A DNA stretch of 64,000 nt from Phyllosticta citribraziliensis (lineage: Eukaryota): contig NW_027117350.1 of NCBI RefSeq assembly GCF_038025025.1, forward strand, positions 248,001 through 312,000, given 5' to 3'. Both the position numbers and the translations under genes were made by a program. Shown here in pieces: positions 50,400 to 62,101 of the stretch; positions within the stretch are counted from its first letter, which is position 1; the number at the start of each line of letters is the position of its first letter. The notes beneath the pieces are model-generated. The model saw only the letters and a program-made list of their open reading frames with translations, made no database searches and was not told the DNA's origin.

Positions 50400-52878
50400 T
50401 TTGAAATTTTGGAGGAGGAAAAGGAGAAGAGGGAAATGGAAACCGAAGCGAAGTTGATTGAGTTTGAAGTGAGAAGCTGTGTACTGAGAGTGGATGCTGA
50501 TGGAAAACAATGTTCGCAGCTGGAATGTGCGACTTTTATGTGTTCTTCGAGATAGAGGAAAAATTGAGGACCCTGGTTCCGACAATCTGGATTACACCCG
50601 CAGCCAAGGAGTTTCCGGAGCTTGAACAGACGTCCCTCGACGGGTTTGCCAGACAACCGGTAACAAAGGGCGAAAAATCATGTGCCGCGCTGGCTTCTAT
50701 TGGAAAGGCAGAATCCCGGTTCTCAAAGGTGCCAAAAATGGAAAATTTCGACGTACCATACCATCTTTGAGATGGTTTCAACGGAATGTGGAGGCAGACC
50801 AGACCCTCGGAGGCTTGAAAACGTTGCTTTACATTCCAAATGGGGAAAAGTGGTACCATGGAATGGCGATGGCAGCATACATCTCGCCAAGGTCCGCCAG
50901 CCTCAGATGGCTTGGAAGTTATCGAATTTGTAAGGCCAAGCTCTGGGAAAATTCAATCATCGTCGTTCTGGACAGGCTGAACAATGGCGATGATTGGACA
51001 TGGCGACGATAACATCTGTTTTCTTATCATCTGTTTTGAAACAAAGAACTCGAAAAGGCCCAAGCCCGCACATTTGCCGGGATCTTTCAGGTGGCACGGT
51101 GGATAGGTTGGTCGAGTAGAGAAGTCGGACAGCTGTTGACTCAAAAACCTGGTCCGACGCAAGACTGCCGACCCTGAAGCTCCAACTACAGTAGGGGCTC
51201 CGACACTTGGCAAAGAGACTCCTAGGGCTGCTGGTTGAGCAACGAGTCCAAGCATCAGCGGCTTGTCGGACTGTAATGGGATTGGAAGGCTTGGGAGACT
51301 CAATGAAAAGAAAGGTCACCTGCTGTCAGGAAGAAAGGCGAAAAATCCCTCTGTTCCTCAGATTAGCTGCTCATGTCCGCAAACGGAAAATTCGAAGCTG
51401 CGGAATGGCCCCCATGTGCCTGATCCGACGACTTGGATACAGCATGATTGACGGCAAGTATTCTTGTCTTTGCAGATCCCGGTGTGCCAAGCTTAGAGTC
51501 AGGACGGGGATTCCGGGTTGTGTTGGTGATAGGGTCTGGTCGAGTCTGGACAGCAGAGTCTAGTCATCGCAGCTGGCCGTTTACCATTGTTGAACCGTGA
51601 CAATTCTTTGTTCATCACCTTTCCATCGTGGATTTCTCCGTCGAAGGGGCGAGATTTCATCATGATGTTTCCTTCTCGGCCAAACCAAGAGGCCAAGGAG
51701 GCCCGTTGGTTGCATATGGTATAACCTGGCGGGCTCAGTGGAAGGGGAGCCTACACGATGACGGCGATGGCTGTCGCTGCAAGAGGGCCGTAATGAATAG
51801 AGTCAAGTGGGCCAAGTCATGATGAAGCATCTGCTAAATCAGAGCGTAGAGGGAGAGCGAGGATGACGTTATTCCAGCTTGGTGTTGCGAGCAGAGAGCG
51901 GCTCGGCTCGGTTGTTTCAGCACAGACCATCAGCGCAGCCTAACCCATTTTGAGAACGCGATGTCTCTTGCCAAACGTCGTCCCGCCACGACATCTGTCC
52001 ATGTCCACTTGCATCGCCCAATCTTGGCCGCCCGGACGCATCCTACCTCTCGGCGTCCGAAACCAACGAGACTTTCGTCAGGTTTTTCGACTTTCAATCA
52101 TTCTTGCAATGCGCAAAGGAAACGATGCCTTGACAACCCCACGACTTCAGCTGTCCTGTTGCGACATGGAACCCCAGCTCAAAGCAGAAGATCATGACGG
52201 GCGCCTGTTTCGAGCGATTGGGGAGGGCACAAGCGGTCCAACGGCGTAGATCCTCGAGGAACATCACACGGTTCTGAGACCAGCGGACCGATGAGCTTGG
52301 GATAGCTGCTGGTCGATCAAACGACCGCAGCGCTGGCGAAGCACTCTGCTCCTTCGCCTTGGGTTATCCTTGCTGAAGCGGAGACTCATGTACCTCGGCT
52401 GGAAGAAGATACGAATTTTTCGGATTGTTACGTCCGACTATGCGTGTCCAGAAGGTCGCGATTCTGAAGATTGAAGGTGTGGTCTCAGGGAACCGCTGCG
52501 AAAAGTTCTTTGTGCAACAAGTCTGCTCTCTCATATTGAGAAATACCTCCATACCACTTTTAATGCTAATGCTCCAGTCTAGCGGCGCCATGTCCCAAAA
52601 CAGACAAGCATGTTCAACCAGTGATTATTAACACCACTTTGAGTTTCAGATGCCGTCTGGGGCTGCAGGTGGGGGTTCACGTGGTAGAAAGTCGCAACGC
52701 CAGGATTTCGCAACTGCCTTCAACCTGAACGCTTTCATCACTCTGGCATTCCATGAGACCTCCCTTGAGAGCGACCATTTGAAGCTGAACATTTGCTCCC
52801 GTTGCGTGACCAGCCACAGCTGCTACCAGAGCATTACACGAGTACTATATACCCTTTGTTTGGACAAGAAACATCAAT

Positions 52879-54119
52879 ATGACGGAGAAGTTGCGCAATC
52901 TCTTCAATCAGTCGATGCTGATTCCCAAGCCAACATTCACGGAGACCGCTCTGCCTGATCAGAATGGACGTGTAAGTCCAATCAATGACGTTATTGTCTT
53001 CCCATCTCATGCGCACAGGTCTTCATCGTGACGGGCGGCTACACTGGCGTGGGATTGTATCTCTGCAAGATCCTGTACGAAAAGCATGGCACGGTCTACA
53101 TCGCCGGACGCGACAAACAGAAGTACAGCAAAGCAATCGAATTCATCAAGGATGGAACCAAGGAGTCAAAGGGACGCCTGGAATTCCTTCATCTGGATCT
53201 CGCGAGCTTGAAATCGGTCAAAGCTGCTGCCACGGAGTTCATGGGAAAGGAGAGGAGGTTGGATGTATTGACGAACAATGCCGGTGTCATGTTCCCGCCC
53301 AAAGGCTCCAAGACTGAAGACGTGAGTTATCTGCCTACTTGACCGCCAGAAAACACGTGCACAATCGCATCCCGTGCCAAGTTAAACAGTTAATCTGATC
53401 TGACAAAACTAGGGCTACGAGCTCACCATGGGGACCAATTGCATCGGACCCTACCTCTTCACGCAACTGCTGCGTCCGCTGCTCAACAAGACAGCCGCAT
53501 CTTCGCCGCCCGGTACAGTCCGCGTGACTTGGGCAGCTTCGCTCGCAATCGACACTCTAGCGCCGAACCACGGCGTCGACTTTGATGAGAAAGGTGCCCC
53601 CAAGATCCACGACGTGCAGACCGACTATGGCCAGAGCAAAGCCGCCAACGTCTTTCTTGGAACCGAGTATGCGCGTCGGTATAGCAAGGATGGTGTGCTC
53701 AGCGTGGTACGTTTCTGTCAAACCCGTTCATTCAGATTGCATTTAGCTTATTGTTCGAAAGTCGTGGAATCCAGGAAATCTCAAGACCGAATTGTACCGG
53801 CATCTTGGAGCCATTCAAGGATCGATTGCGGTGCGTTCATCGTCCCTCAAACAGCACCAGGAAAGTCGTGACTAATTGCTCCCATCCGCAGCCGCTCTTC
53901 CTCTTCCCGGCAGATATCGGCGCGTACGTCGAGCTCTATGCTGGCTGGTCTCCCGAAATTACCGCCGAGAACAACGGCGCCTTCGTGATCCCCTGGGGTC
54001 GGCTTCATACGCCGCGCTCGCAGCTCCTCCAAGCGATCAAGAGCGAAAAGGACGGCGGATTAGGCGTGGCGGAGCGGTTCTGGGATTGGTGTGATCAGCA
54101 AGTCAGAGCTCATGTGTGA
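52879..54119 (+). CDS. Short-chain dehydrogenase/reductase (retinol-DH/WWOX-like); 4 introns (first 52972-53018)
   Basis: LPDQNGR/VFIVTGGYTGVG (TGxxxGxG), LDVLTNNAGVM, MGTNCIGPYLFT, YGQSKAAN (YxxxK), ERFWDWC. Confidence 0.93.
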
Positions 54120-54444
54120 GCGAACCATTTTTCCACGAGGTGCTATATTCGTGCGGTAGGGCTCTTTACGAACGTTTTCCAGATTGTAATCGTGGGTTCA
54201 CAGGCGGAGTTGGTGGGTCCCATTGGGCTTTTGACAGGCAACTAATTCCTTCATTTCATGTTCAAGTCACTCACATACCAGGCTGACAGATTCCATATCA
54301 ATGTACATTGATTTAATAACTCGCGGCGTTCTACTTACCATCTCTACTTCTTACCATGCGGCCTACTGCGCGCATCCGGTGCTCGCTTGACGTCTCGCTC
54401 GATCAACGAGCAAGAGCAAATCTCCTCGCTCATGCAGCTGCTGC

Positions 54445-55062
54445 TTACCCGCACTTGAAACAGCCAGGGTACAAAGGATTATAGCAGCCAAAAAGGCATC
54501 CACCGTCATCCGAATCCGAGCCCGTCGAACCAGCGCCAGAGCTACGACCAGCATTAGACTTACCTTGAGCAGGGGCAGCAATAGGAGTGACAACCAACCC
54601 ATCCGGTCCAATCACCGGTGTCGAACCCGCCAATATCCACTGCGAGTCGGTCTGGCGAGGACGAGAAGCCGAGCAAGACGCCGCAAACCAAGCAGCATCA
54701 CGAGGGAAGATTGACGGCAGGGGAGACCGAATAAACCGACACCATCTCATCTGGCACTCTTGCTCCCACGCGCTCCTCGCGCGCGCCAACTTGAGCGCTT
54801 GCGTGTACCGCGCGTCCCGAAGGGCAATGCCCGGTGCCAGCTCGTCGTCCCACGAGGCGTACGAGTAATCGAAGCTTGGTGGCGAGGGGGTGGCGGCGTT
54901 GATGTTCAGCGGCTGGTGGTTGGGAGAGGGGGAGCGAGGACGCGCTTGGCTGAGTACCATGGCGTTGGTTGGGATGAGGATGTAAAGGGTGGGTTTGGGG
55001 TGGCTGCAAGGCCCACGGAGCTTGCAGTCGGAGAAAGGCTTGAAGGTGTTGGTACTGTACAT
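54445..55062 (-). CDS. Hypothetical protein (205 aa), Cys-rich C-terminus
   Basis: Open frame from an ATG in CAACCATG context; ends GCLFGCYNPLYPGCFKCG*; no recognisable domain. Confidence 0.4.
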   Translation of the reverse strand: MYSTNTFKPFSDCKLRGPCSHPKPTLYILIPTNAMVLSQARPRSPSPNHQPLNINAATPSPPSFDYSYASWDDELAPGIALRDARYTQALKLARARSAWEQECQMRWCRFIRSPLPSIFPRDAAWFAASCSASRPRQTDSQWILAGSTPVIGPDGLVVTPIAAPAQGKSNAGRSSGAGSTGSDSDDGGCLFGCYNPLYPGCFKCG

Positions 55063-55698
55063 GGTTGATGTAATTGCTGTTGCTGTGATGGTTGGATGAG
55101 TTGGTGTGATGACGAACTGGTCGAGGATTGTGAGGATGCGTTCTCGTCTTAATATTTGGAGATTCTGTTTGGCGCATGAAATTGTTTGTGTACTATGCGA
55201 CGAGGTGCTGGATTCTAGGTGGATGTTCTTCAAGGCGGTTGGCTAGGAGTGGGTATTGTTTGTGTTGTCTGAGAACAATGAAAACCTGTAAACAATGCCG
55301 GAGTAGACAATGGACGCAGCTTTCCAATCAGAGAACTGGATACAATATCACTGCGTTGGAGGATGCGAAGAAACCGAATTCAGTTCAGGAGTAAGACATG
55401 CAGGGTCTCTTTGGAGCTGCTTCAAAGGACGTCTGTCGTCTGCTTGCTAAAAGTCTTGCAGATCTCCAACTTCCTTGCTTGCTCGAGCACTTTCCACCTC
55501 TTTCAACATGATTCCGAAAAGAGGAACAAGGGGGAGGTAGCAGAAAATTACAAGGGGAGTGAGAACAAAGAGAAAAACATAACCGCCCGCCTGCCATTCG
55601 AAACTTGTCCCAACCTGCTGGTTTCTTCCGCTGAATGTGTCTGTATCTGGTGATTATATTTGTCGAAGTCTTCCTGAGGAACATTGGGTCGACGTGTC

Positions 55699-56900
55699 TC
55701 AACCAGGGTATAACCTTGCTATATGTGGAGGTGCGCAGTTTATGATGGGCTCATACTTGTGTCCGGCTTGCTCCGACTCGAAGGAGTGCAGTGAATCCGG
55801 AAGCCGCCGGACAATGCTTGATCCCAAGCGCTGGAAGCCCTCTACTTCATCTTCAGAACAAAACACACAATTTTCAGGTTTAGCTGCCGCCTCTGGAACC
55901 ATGAATAGGACACCACACAATTCGCACTTGTACTCCCTGAAAGTCCTGAGCATGACGGCGTCGCGACGGCTGTAGTCCGAGTTGTGCGGATCGTGAACCT
56001 TGTCGTATAGGTCCTCCTTGACTCCCAGGCAAAGATCACGCCAAAACTCCATCACGCTGATCTTCTTGAAGCCTTTGTTTCTTGCGCAGTAGGCATAATT
56101 CTTGGCGCAGAAGGCGACTATGGCATCGCGCAATCCCCTATCTGACTCTGGTGTTGAGGAGTAGATCAGTTCAACAGCCTTAGGCAAGGTCACGTCGTCG
56201 GATATACGTCTGAGTTGATCGCGTACGTCGTGCAAGACGAACCGCATCATCTCATTGTGGAGCACGCGTATTTGGTAGAATTCGGCCGCAGCGTAGAGAC
56301 GAATATCGAAGATCAAGGGCTTTTGGCCTGAGGGAGCGACTGCGTTGTTCGTGTACATCCACTGGATCATGTACATGACTATCTCGGTGTCATCGTACGA
56401 AACATTGATGACGCCTGTCTTCGACTCCTTCCAGGGCAATATCAGTCCTTTGTTCCCAATAATTAGGATGATAAGGATGACACGACCTACCGCGAATTTC
56501 CCCTTGCACGCTTTGCGCCAGACGTCGCTGTAAGAGCAGATAATTGCCTTGTGGGCCCGCAGCTCCTGGTCATCGGAGAATTTGATTGTCACGTCGGAGT
56601 ACTGGCCAGTCGGGAAATACCCAGGGGACGCTTCATGTTGGACGCTGCTCACACTGCTAGATGGATTGCTGAGGTAGGCCTTTACTCGTTCATTTGGATT
56701 CGAAAGCGATTGGAAACACACTCGTGCTCTCGATGATGTTTGAGCTTTTCAATTTTGCGCGGTATGTCAAGTTGTATTTTCTTCGCCAGCTTGCGGGCAG
56801 CAGCAGCGGCGGCGGCGGCGGGATCTGGAGGAGGCTTTGTAGCCACGGGTGGGTCGTCCTCCGTCAACTTCGCACGCTTCTTGGCCGGCTCGTCAACAAT
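55699..56900 (-). CDS. BTB/POZ domain protein with C-terminal CxxC..CxxC ribbon; introns 56669-56721, 56428-56490; start codon unclear
   Basis: YSDVTIKF...LRAHKAIICSYSDVWRKACKGKFA/ESKTGVINV..DD..IV..MIQWMYT, RLYAAAEFYQI, IYSSTPESDRGLRD; CELC...CVFC. Confidence 0.8.
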
Positions 56901-57487
56901 GATTGATGTGATCGATTCAATGTGTTCGTCGTAGGGAGGAGTTGTGTTGACGCGTCAGGGGTAACGCGCTCGGAAGTTTCGCGGTCTCGCAGGTAGTCTG
57001 GTGATTTTGATGCAAGGGCGTGTGGGGACTTGTTGAATATGCCATCTTAGGTGCGCGAAGCGAGCTGTTGAGATTTGGTGGTACAAAGACGACTGTGGTC
57101 TTGTCGGCCAGTGGTTCTCTGATTGAATCCCGACTGTCGTCACAGCTTTCATATACTCAAAGTTTGCTGCGGCACCCGCTCTGAAACGCGTTTGGAGTTG
57201 GAGATGACCAATAAAGTTGTGCTGTCGGGCTGACAGTCATCAAATGGTTCGATCGAAAACCGTCTACGTTTTTCCAGAATGGTCCTGCGGCTTGTTTTTC
57301 TGATTCCCGAGTTCGAGCGTCGAAAGTTGTAATGTTTCCAGAGGATCTGGTTTGCTTGCTTGCCCGCGATGGCAGGCAGATGCTGTATAAATGGCTGCTT
57401 GAGCCCCGACTTTGCTGCTTCAGGATCTGTTCAGTTCTCCTCTCTGTCGCGTCCATCTTCTAATTTGCCCACACGTGCTTTTCCATC

Positions 57488-58105
57488 ATGTCATACAGCC
57501 CTTGTTCGTCTGAACGATTTGGAGACTTAGACAACCCGTCTGACAAGCGCGTGTCCGAACTTTACCAGCAAGTGAGGACACAGATCAGCGAGAAGATAGA
57601 CGAAATGAGTCAAGCTTTCTGTGATCACCTCGCTGATGAGACCGTCTTGCCCGATCGATTCGAACTCAACATGACATTGTTGAAGGAGGGCATCGCAATC
57701 AGCGAGGATGAGCTGCTCCGTATTGACAACAATCTGGGGCCTCGTCGCTCCGAGGTGGAGCGGCTTCAGTCCGTTCATCGGCAAGAAATGGAAAAGTTGG
57801 TGAGCGACACGGCCAGGGAGAAAGTGAACTTCGCGTTCATAGCATCGTCTGTTGGGTCGATGCTGTGCGATCAAATCAACCAACTCAAACGACGATGCGC
57901 TGAAGTTGAGGAGGGAGACATGGGACGCGATGGGACAGTTGACGAACGCGGCCAGCGAATCCGAGAGCTCGAAAGCGAGATCACGAAGCTGCGAGAAGAT
58001 CTGGAGAAGGAAAAGGACATGGTCAAAAAGGTTCTCAATAAATACACCGAGTATTTCGAAAGAATGAGCTCAGCACTGGGAATTTCGAAAGAGATCAGCA
58101 AGTAG
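57488..58105 (+). CDS. Orphan coiled-coil protein (205 aa)
   Basis: TATA at ~57386, ATG in CCATCATG context, heptad-rich RIRELESEITKLREDLEKEK; a homologous copy lies directly downstream. Confidence 0.65.
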   Translation: MSYSPCSSERFGDLDNPSDKRVSELYQQVRTQISEKIDEMSQAFCDHLADETVLPDRFELNMTLLKEGIAISEDELLRIDNNLGPRRSEVERLQSVHRQEMEKLVSDTAREKVNFAFIASSVGSMLCDQINQLKRRCAEVEEGDMGRDGTVDERGQRIRELESEITKLREDLEKEKDMVKKVLNKYTEYFERMSSALGISKEISK

Positions 58106-58864
58106 CGGTACATATGACCTGAAAGAAAGGGAAGAAAGACCGCTGACAGTGTCCTGAAGGGTGTTGAACGAATCCAAAGTCTCTTCAGTGAGAGAGCAAG
58201 GAGCACTGGGAAGGAGGTTTTGAGGAGGTCGAAAAGGAGCCGGGCACTGCATGGGATCGAAGCAGTTAGGAAGTAGAGGTTATTTTACCCATAGTTGAAA
58301 GAGAAGAGACTGCTGACAGTGATAGGCTGAGAAACTCTGCTCTTGAACGGAAAAGAGCCGCACCGAAGAGGGGTATTGGGTCCACGGTCTTGAGCGACAT
58401 GCGCGGAAAGGAAAGAAGTTCACAAGTCTGAGCCAGTCTGAGGTCGGGCGGTGTTGTTGCATTGCTGTGGATTCCCGGAGATTGTGGAGATGTAGCCTTC
58501 CTGTGATCGCAAAAGAATAGCATCAGACTTCAAACTTTTCAAAATCTTGGAGGTCTATGTTCTGCGCTGTGTACTATGAGCTGAGCTGTCGAAGCGATCC
58601 TGTTGGGCCGGTGTACTACTGACCAGAGCATTTTCTCGGGGTTCCCATAAATCAGTCTGCTGCCTGGTTTTCAGGTTGATATGTTTGATTTTCCGGCAAT
58701 TCCTGGATGTTCCAAGTGGGTATCTTTTGTTTGCGTGACAGCAACAGGAAATGGGCGGACGCTGTATAAATGGCTGCTTGGATCGCGTCTTTCTTGCCTT
58801 ACAGCAAGTATTTTTTGTTGCCGTTCGCTGGTTTTCGCTGAATCTCGCCTTCACGTTCTTCAGT

Positions 58865-59459
58865 ATGACTTCCAAAATCGATGGCGAAGCCGACAAAAGC
58901 AAAAGGAGAACGTTGATATTTGTCCCCGAATGCCCAACGACATCCCAAAGTGCACGCAAGCTGCTAGACCAACGTGTATCCGACTTGCGAGTCCAGGCTC
59001 GAGCACAAATCAGCCAGGAAGTCGACAGGCTTACGACAATCCGAGTAGCCCTGAGCTGCTCAAGCGACACAGTTCAGCAGTCAAAGAAGGAACCATCGTC
59101 ACGAAGGCTGAGCTAGAGTCCCTGGATTCCGCATTGTATACTAGCCGCGCGGAGGCGGAGAAATATGCGTTGGCCTATCAGAACAAGATGGGGGCGTTGG
59201 TGAGCGAATTGGCGAAGAAAAAAGCCAACCTGGCTTCGTATTATCGTTTGGCGCGCCGGAACTCTTTGAGAGTTCGTAGAGATTGAAGTTGCAGCACGAC
59301 AAGACCGTCAGGGAGGTCAAAGAACGCGACGAGGGGATCAGTAAGCTTGGCGGCGAAATAGAACACCTGCGCCGGCAGCTCATCGAGTTACGAAACGGAC
59401 GATCTTACAATCGGAAGGTACCAACAAGGCGCGACGACCCTCAGGCCCAACTCGGATGA
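58865..59459 (+). pseudogene. Frameshifted tandem paralog of the 57488-58105 coiled-coil gene
   Basis: Similarity is spread over three frames (shifts near 59026 and 59280): DQRVSDLRVQARAQISQEVD vs DKRVSELYQQVRTQISEKID; VKEGTIVTKAELESLD vs LKEGIAISEDELLRID; LVSELAKKKANLA vs LVSDTAREKVNFA. Confidence 0.65.
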
Positions 59460-60017
59460 TCAGGTGTGGGTGGAATCGCTTGGTCCGAACTCTGAATTGA
59501 AGCAGGCTGTACTGAGAGAGTTTGGGTATTTGGCATTTCAGTGGTTCCTGACAGTCCGGCGGTCTTGTTTCTTCCTGGTGTAGCAACGTCAGCATCAGCC
59601 TTCCAAAGACATTCAAAATCCCGAAAGCCAACGCTGTGCACTTTCCATGCTTAGAACCATGATTGATTTGATCTTCAGTTGGCGTCTTGCGCCGAACGGC
59701 CGCAGTTCCATCGATGCAGCCGCTCGTTCGACTCGGCGTCCAAAATTTCGAATCCTTCATCTTCAGCACTTCCCCAAAGAAACTCCTTGATGATATGATA
59801 GCCGTTTTTGAAAATCCTTCGCGCCAGCCCGTAGTCGTACAAAGTTTCCCCGCCTCCTCAGGCCCTGGCTCTGAATCCTGCGCCTCAGGCACGCGAGCGA
59901 CCTTCTCGCCAAGGTTTGTCGCAGGTGCAATGCTGAAAGAGGTCGTCGGCGAACCCCATCATTATCCAGTAAATCAGTAGTATGATGTCTATTGTCTAGG
60001 TGAGATGCTCAGGATGC

Positions 60018-61543
60018 TCAGACATTCGTACTGGCACGATGAACGACCGGGACCGAGCTTGCCGGCAAGTTGCCATTCTCTGTGACGACAATGTTGACGT
60101 ACTCGGCGGGCGTGACATCGTACATAATGTTGAGAATCTGAAGGTTTGGCGTGTCGATCCACTTTTGCAGCGCGCCATCGCGTCCTTTTTTCAGGCCGTC
60201 TTCGCCTTTCAACAGGCTCTCGCCAATCCACTCGTCCTGTCCCAGAATCTCCTCGGCAGGCGCAATCTCGTTGTGAACGATCGAGTCGAGCGCCACGCGA
60301 TCGGTGAACTTGATGGTTTCGCAGCATACGATGACGGTGATGTCGCGAACGTGCGCCTGCATGGCTACAATTGCTGTACCCACCCGCGAGTAGATACGAC
60401 CGTTGCTCAACATGGCCGACGCACCGAGGAAGACCTTGGTAGCATCCTTAATTGCGTGGGAAATGGCACCGATGAGGCAGTACGTGACGTCAATTCCAGC
60501 AGCGGCAAGACTGTTGGCCATGTATTTTCCTTCGAACAAAGGTTTCGAGTCGGCAACAATGACGCGGAACTTACGGCCGTCAGCGTGAGCGCGGAGGAGC
60601 GTCTTCAAGACGACATTGCTTTTGGCATAGACAACAATGACGTCGTCGTCGACAATCATGGAGCAGGCAGTATCAGCAAGAACCTCGGCGGCAGCAGTCA
60701 CGCGCTCGCGAATGAAAGTATCGATGGAGGAAATCAGATGCTCCTTTGCTGTGCTCTCCGGAACCGACGGGTCAATTTTGATGATGAGGTCCTTCAGCCA
60801 ACGAATGGCGTTTCCTTGAGAGACAGAGAGCGGACGGCAGCTCGAAAGATACGAGATTTGAGGAGACAGGTGATGTGAGGTTAGGTGGCGCGCAAGCGAT
60901 GTGCCCGAGGGAGTTGTGTAAGATTCGATAACCTATGTCAAATTAGCTGCAGCTTGACGCTCCTGATGTTTCGACGGACCTGCTGGAAGACCGAAAGCAT
61001 GGCAACACAGCGTGCAGTGCTACCACAGACCACGTAATTGCTCATTTGAAGCCCCAGAGCCAGAACTGCGGGGTGAACATCCTTTGGCGCATTCTCAATC
61101 GTCTGTCGTCTCGGTTGGCCATAGAGATGTCCAAACAGGCCCACTTTCTTTCCCGATGTCTTTTGTTTCTCGCTCTTCGTCTCCTTCGCAGGCTGTGCCG
61201 GGGTGGTTTGTGAGCCGCGTCTTCGTACAGGAAGAGGCCGCTCCTGCTGTTGGCTTTTGCCGGCTTGCTGCTGGCCCTGCTTCGTCTCCTTCTGCTTGTT
61301 GTCCTGCTTTTTGCCGGATGCTTGCTGAGCGCCACCGCCGCCTACTTCTCTGGATGCTTTTTCCGCTGCGCGCTTTGCTGCCTTCTCTGCCTTGGCGCGT
61401 TTCTTCAATTCTGCGCCTGACAACTTCGATTCTGCAGATTCCGGAGCGGCTTGTTGTGTACTCGGAGATGGTCCATTCTGCTTCTTTTGAGCGTCAGCGG
61501 CTGGTTGGGCTGTTTCATGCTTGGGCGCGGTCGAGTCGGCCAT
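60018..61543 (-). CDS. GCD2: Translation initiation factor eIF2B delta subunit; intron 60933-60979
   Basis: KDVHPAVLALGLQM...CGSTARCVAML, CRPLSVSQGNAIRWLK, FRVIVADSKPLFEG, SNGRIYSRVGTA, IMYDVTPAEY. Confidence 0.95.
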
Positions 61544-62101
61544 TGTTGTCGGAGCTTGAGAGCCTGAGTAGAATTTCTTGGTGGTCACGTCGAGGACCTT
61601 GCGCAGCCAAACAGGTTGCGATAGAGAGACGACGGCTGCGTTCCGAAGGAGAGCGAGAAGGTGAAAGAGCCAGGAGCTGGCGTATGCTCGAGTTCGAGGC
61701 AGCGGGGGTGTGGGAGAGTCGTCGGTTGAATGGCCGTTGAGGTTGTTGGAGTCACAAACGTGCCTTCGATGTGTTGCGCAAAAATGGTGGCCGGCCGGGG
61801 AGGAGCTCTTGCCCTGCGTCATCCCCGCCTTGCTACTCCCGCTCACACCGATGAAACTGCTGGGCATGTTCACGGCTTTTCAACCTGGACAAGAAAATTC
61901 ATGGCTTCAAATGGGGCTAGAAACGACTTGCTCTCGCGATCCAAGACTTTGGAGGACTGCCAGCACACTATCCTCGAGACGCACATGCACCGTGAATCAC
62001 TCTGCATGATTTGACTCATGGACGAAGGTATCCCAATTAAGTTCCATGCCCAAACCTCACCAACGCCATTTGCGTGTACATCCTGTACGTCTATATGGTA
62101 T

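Noticed and set aside
57157..57456. 99-aa ORF ending in SKL (PTS1)
   Set aside because: Lies antisense across the promoter/TATA of the 57488 gene with no coding signature; the SKL is probably chance.
61544..61873. In-frame upstream extension of eIF2B-delta (a similar one for PDR16 at 63225-63461)
   Set aside because: The sequence looks like UTR or promoter, and the downstream ATG has a good context (acaacaATGg); no positive evidence of use.
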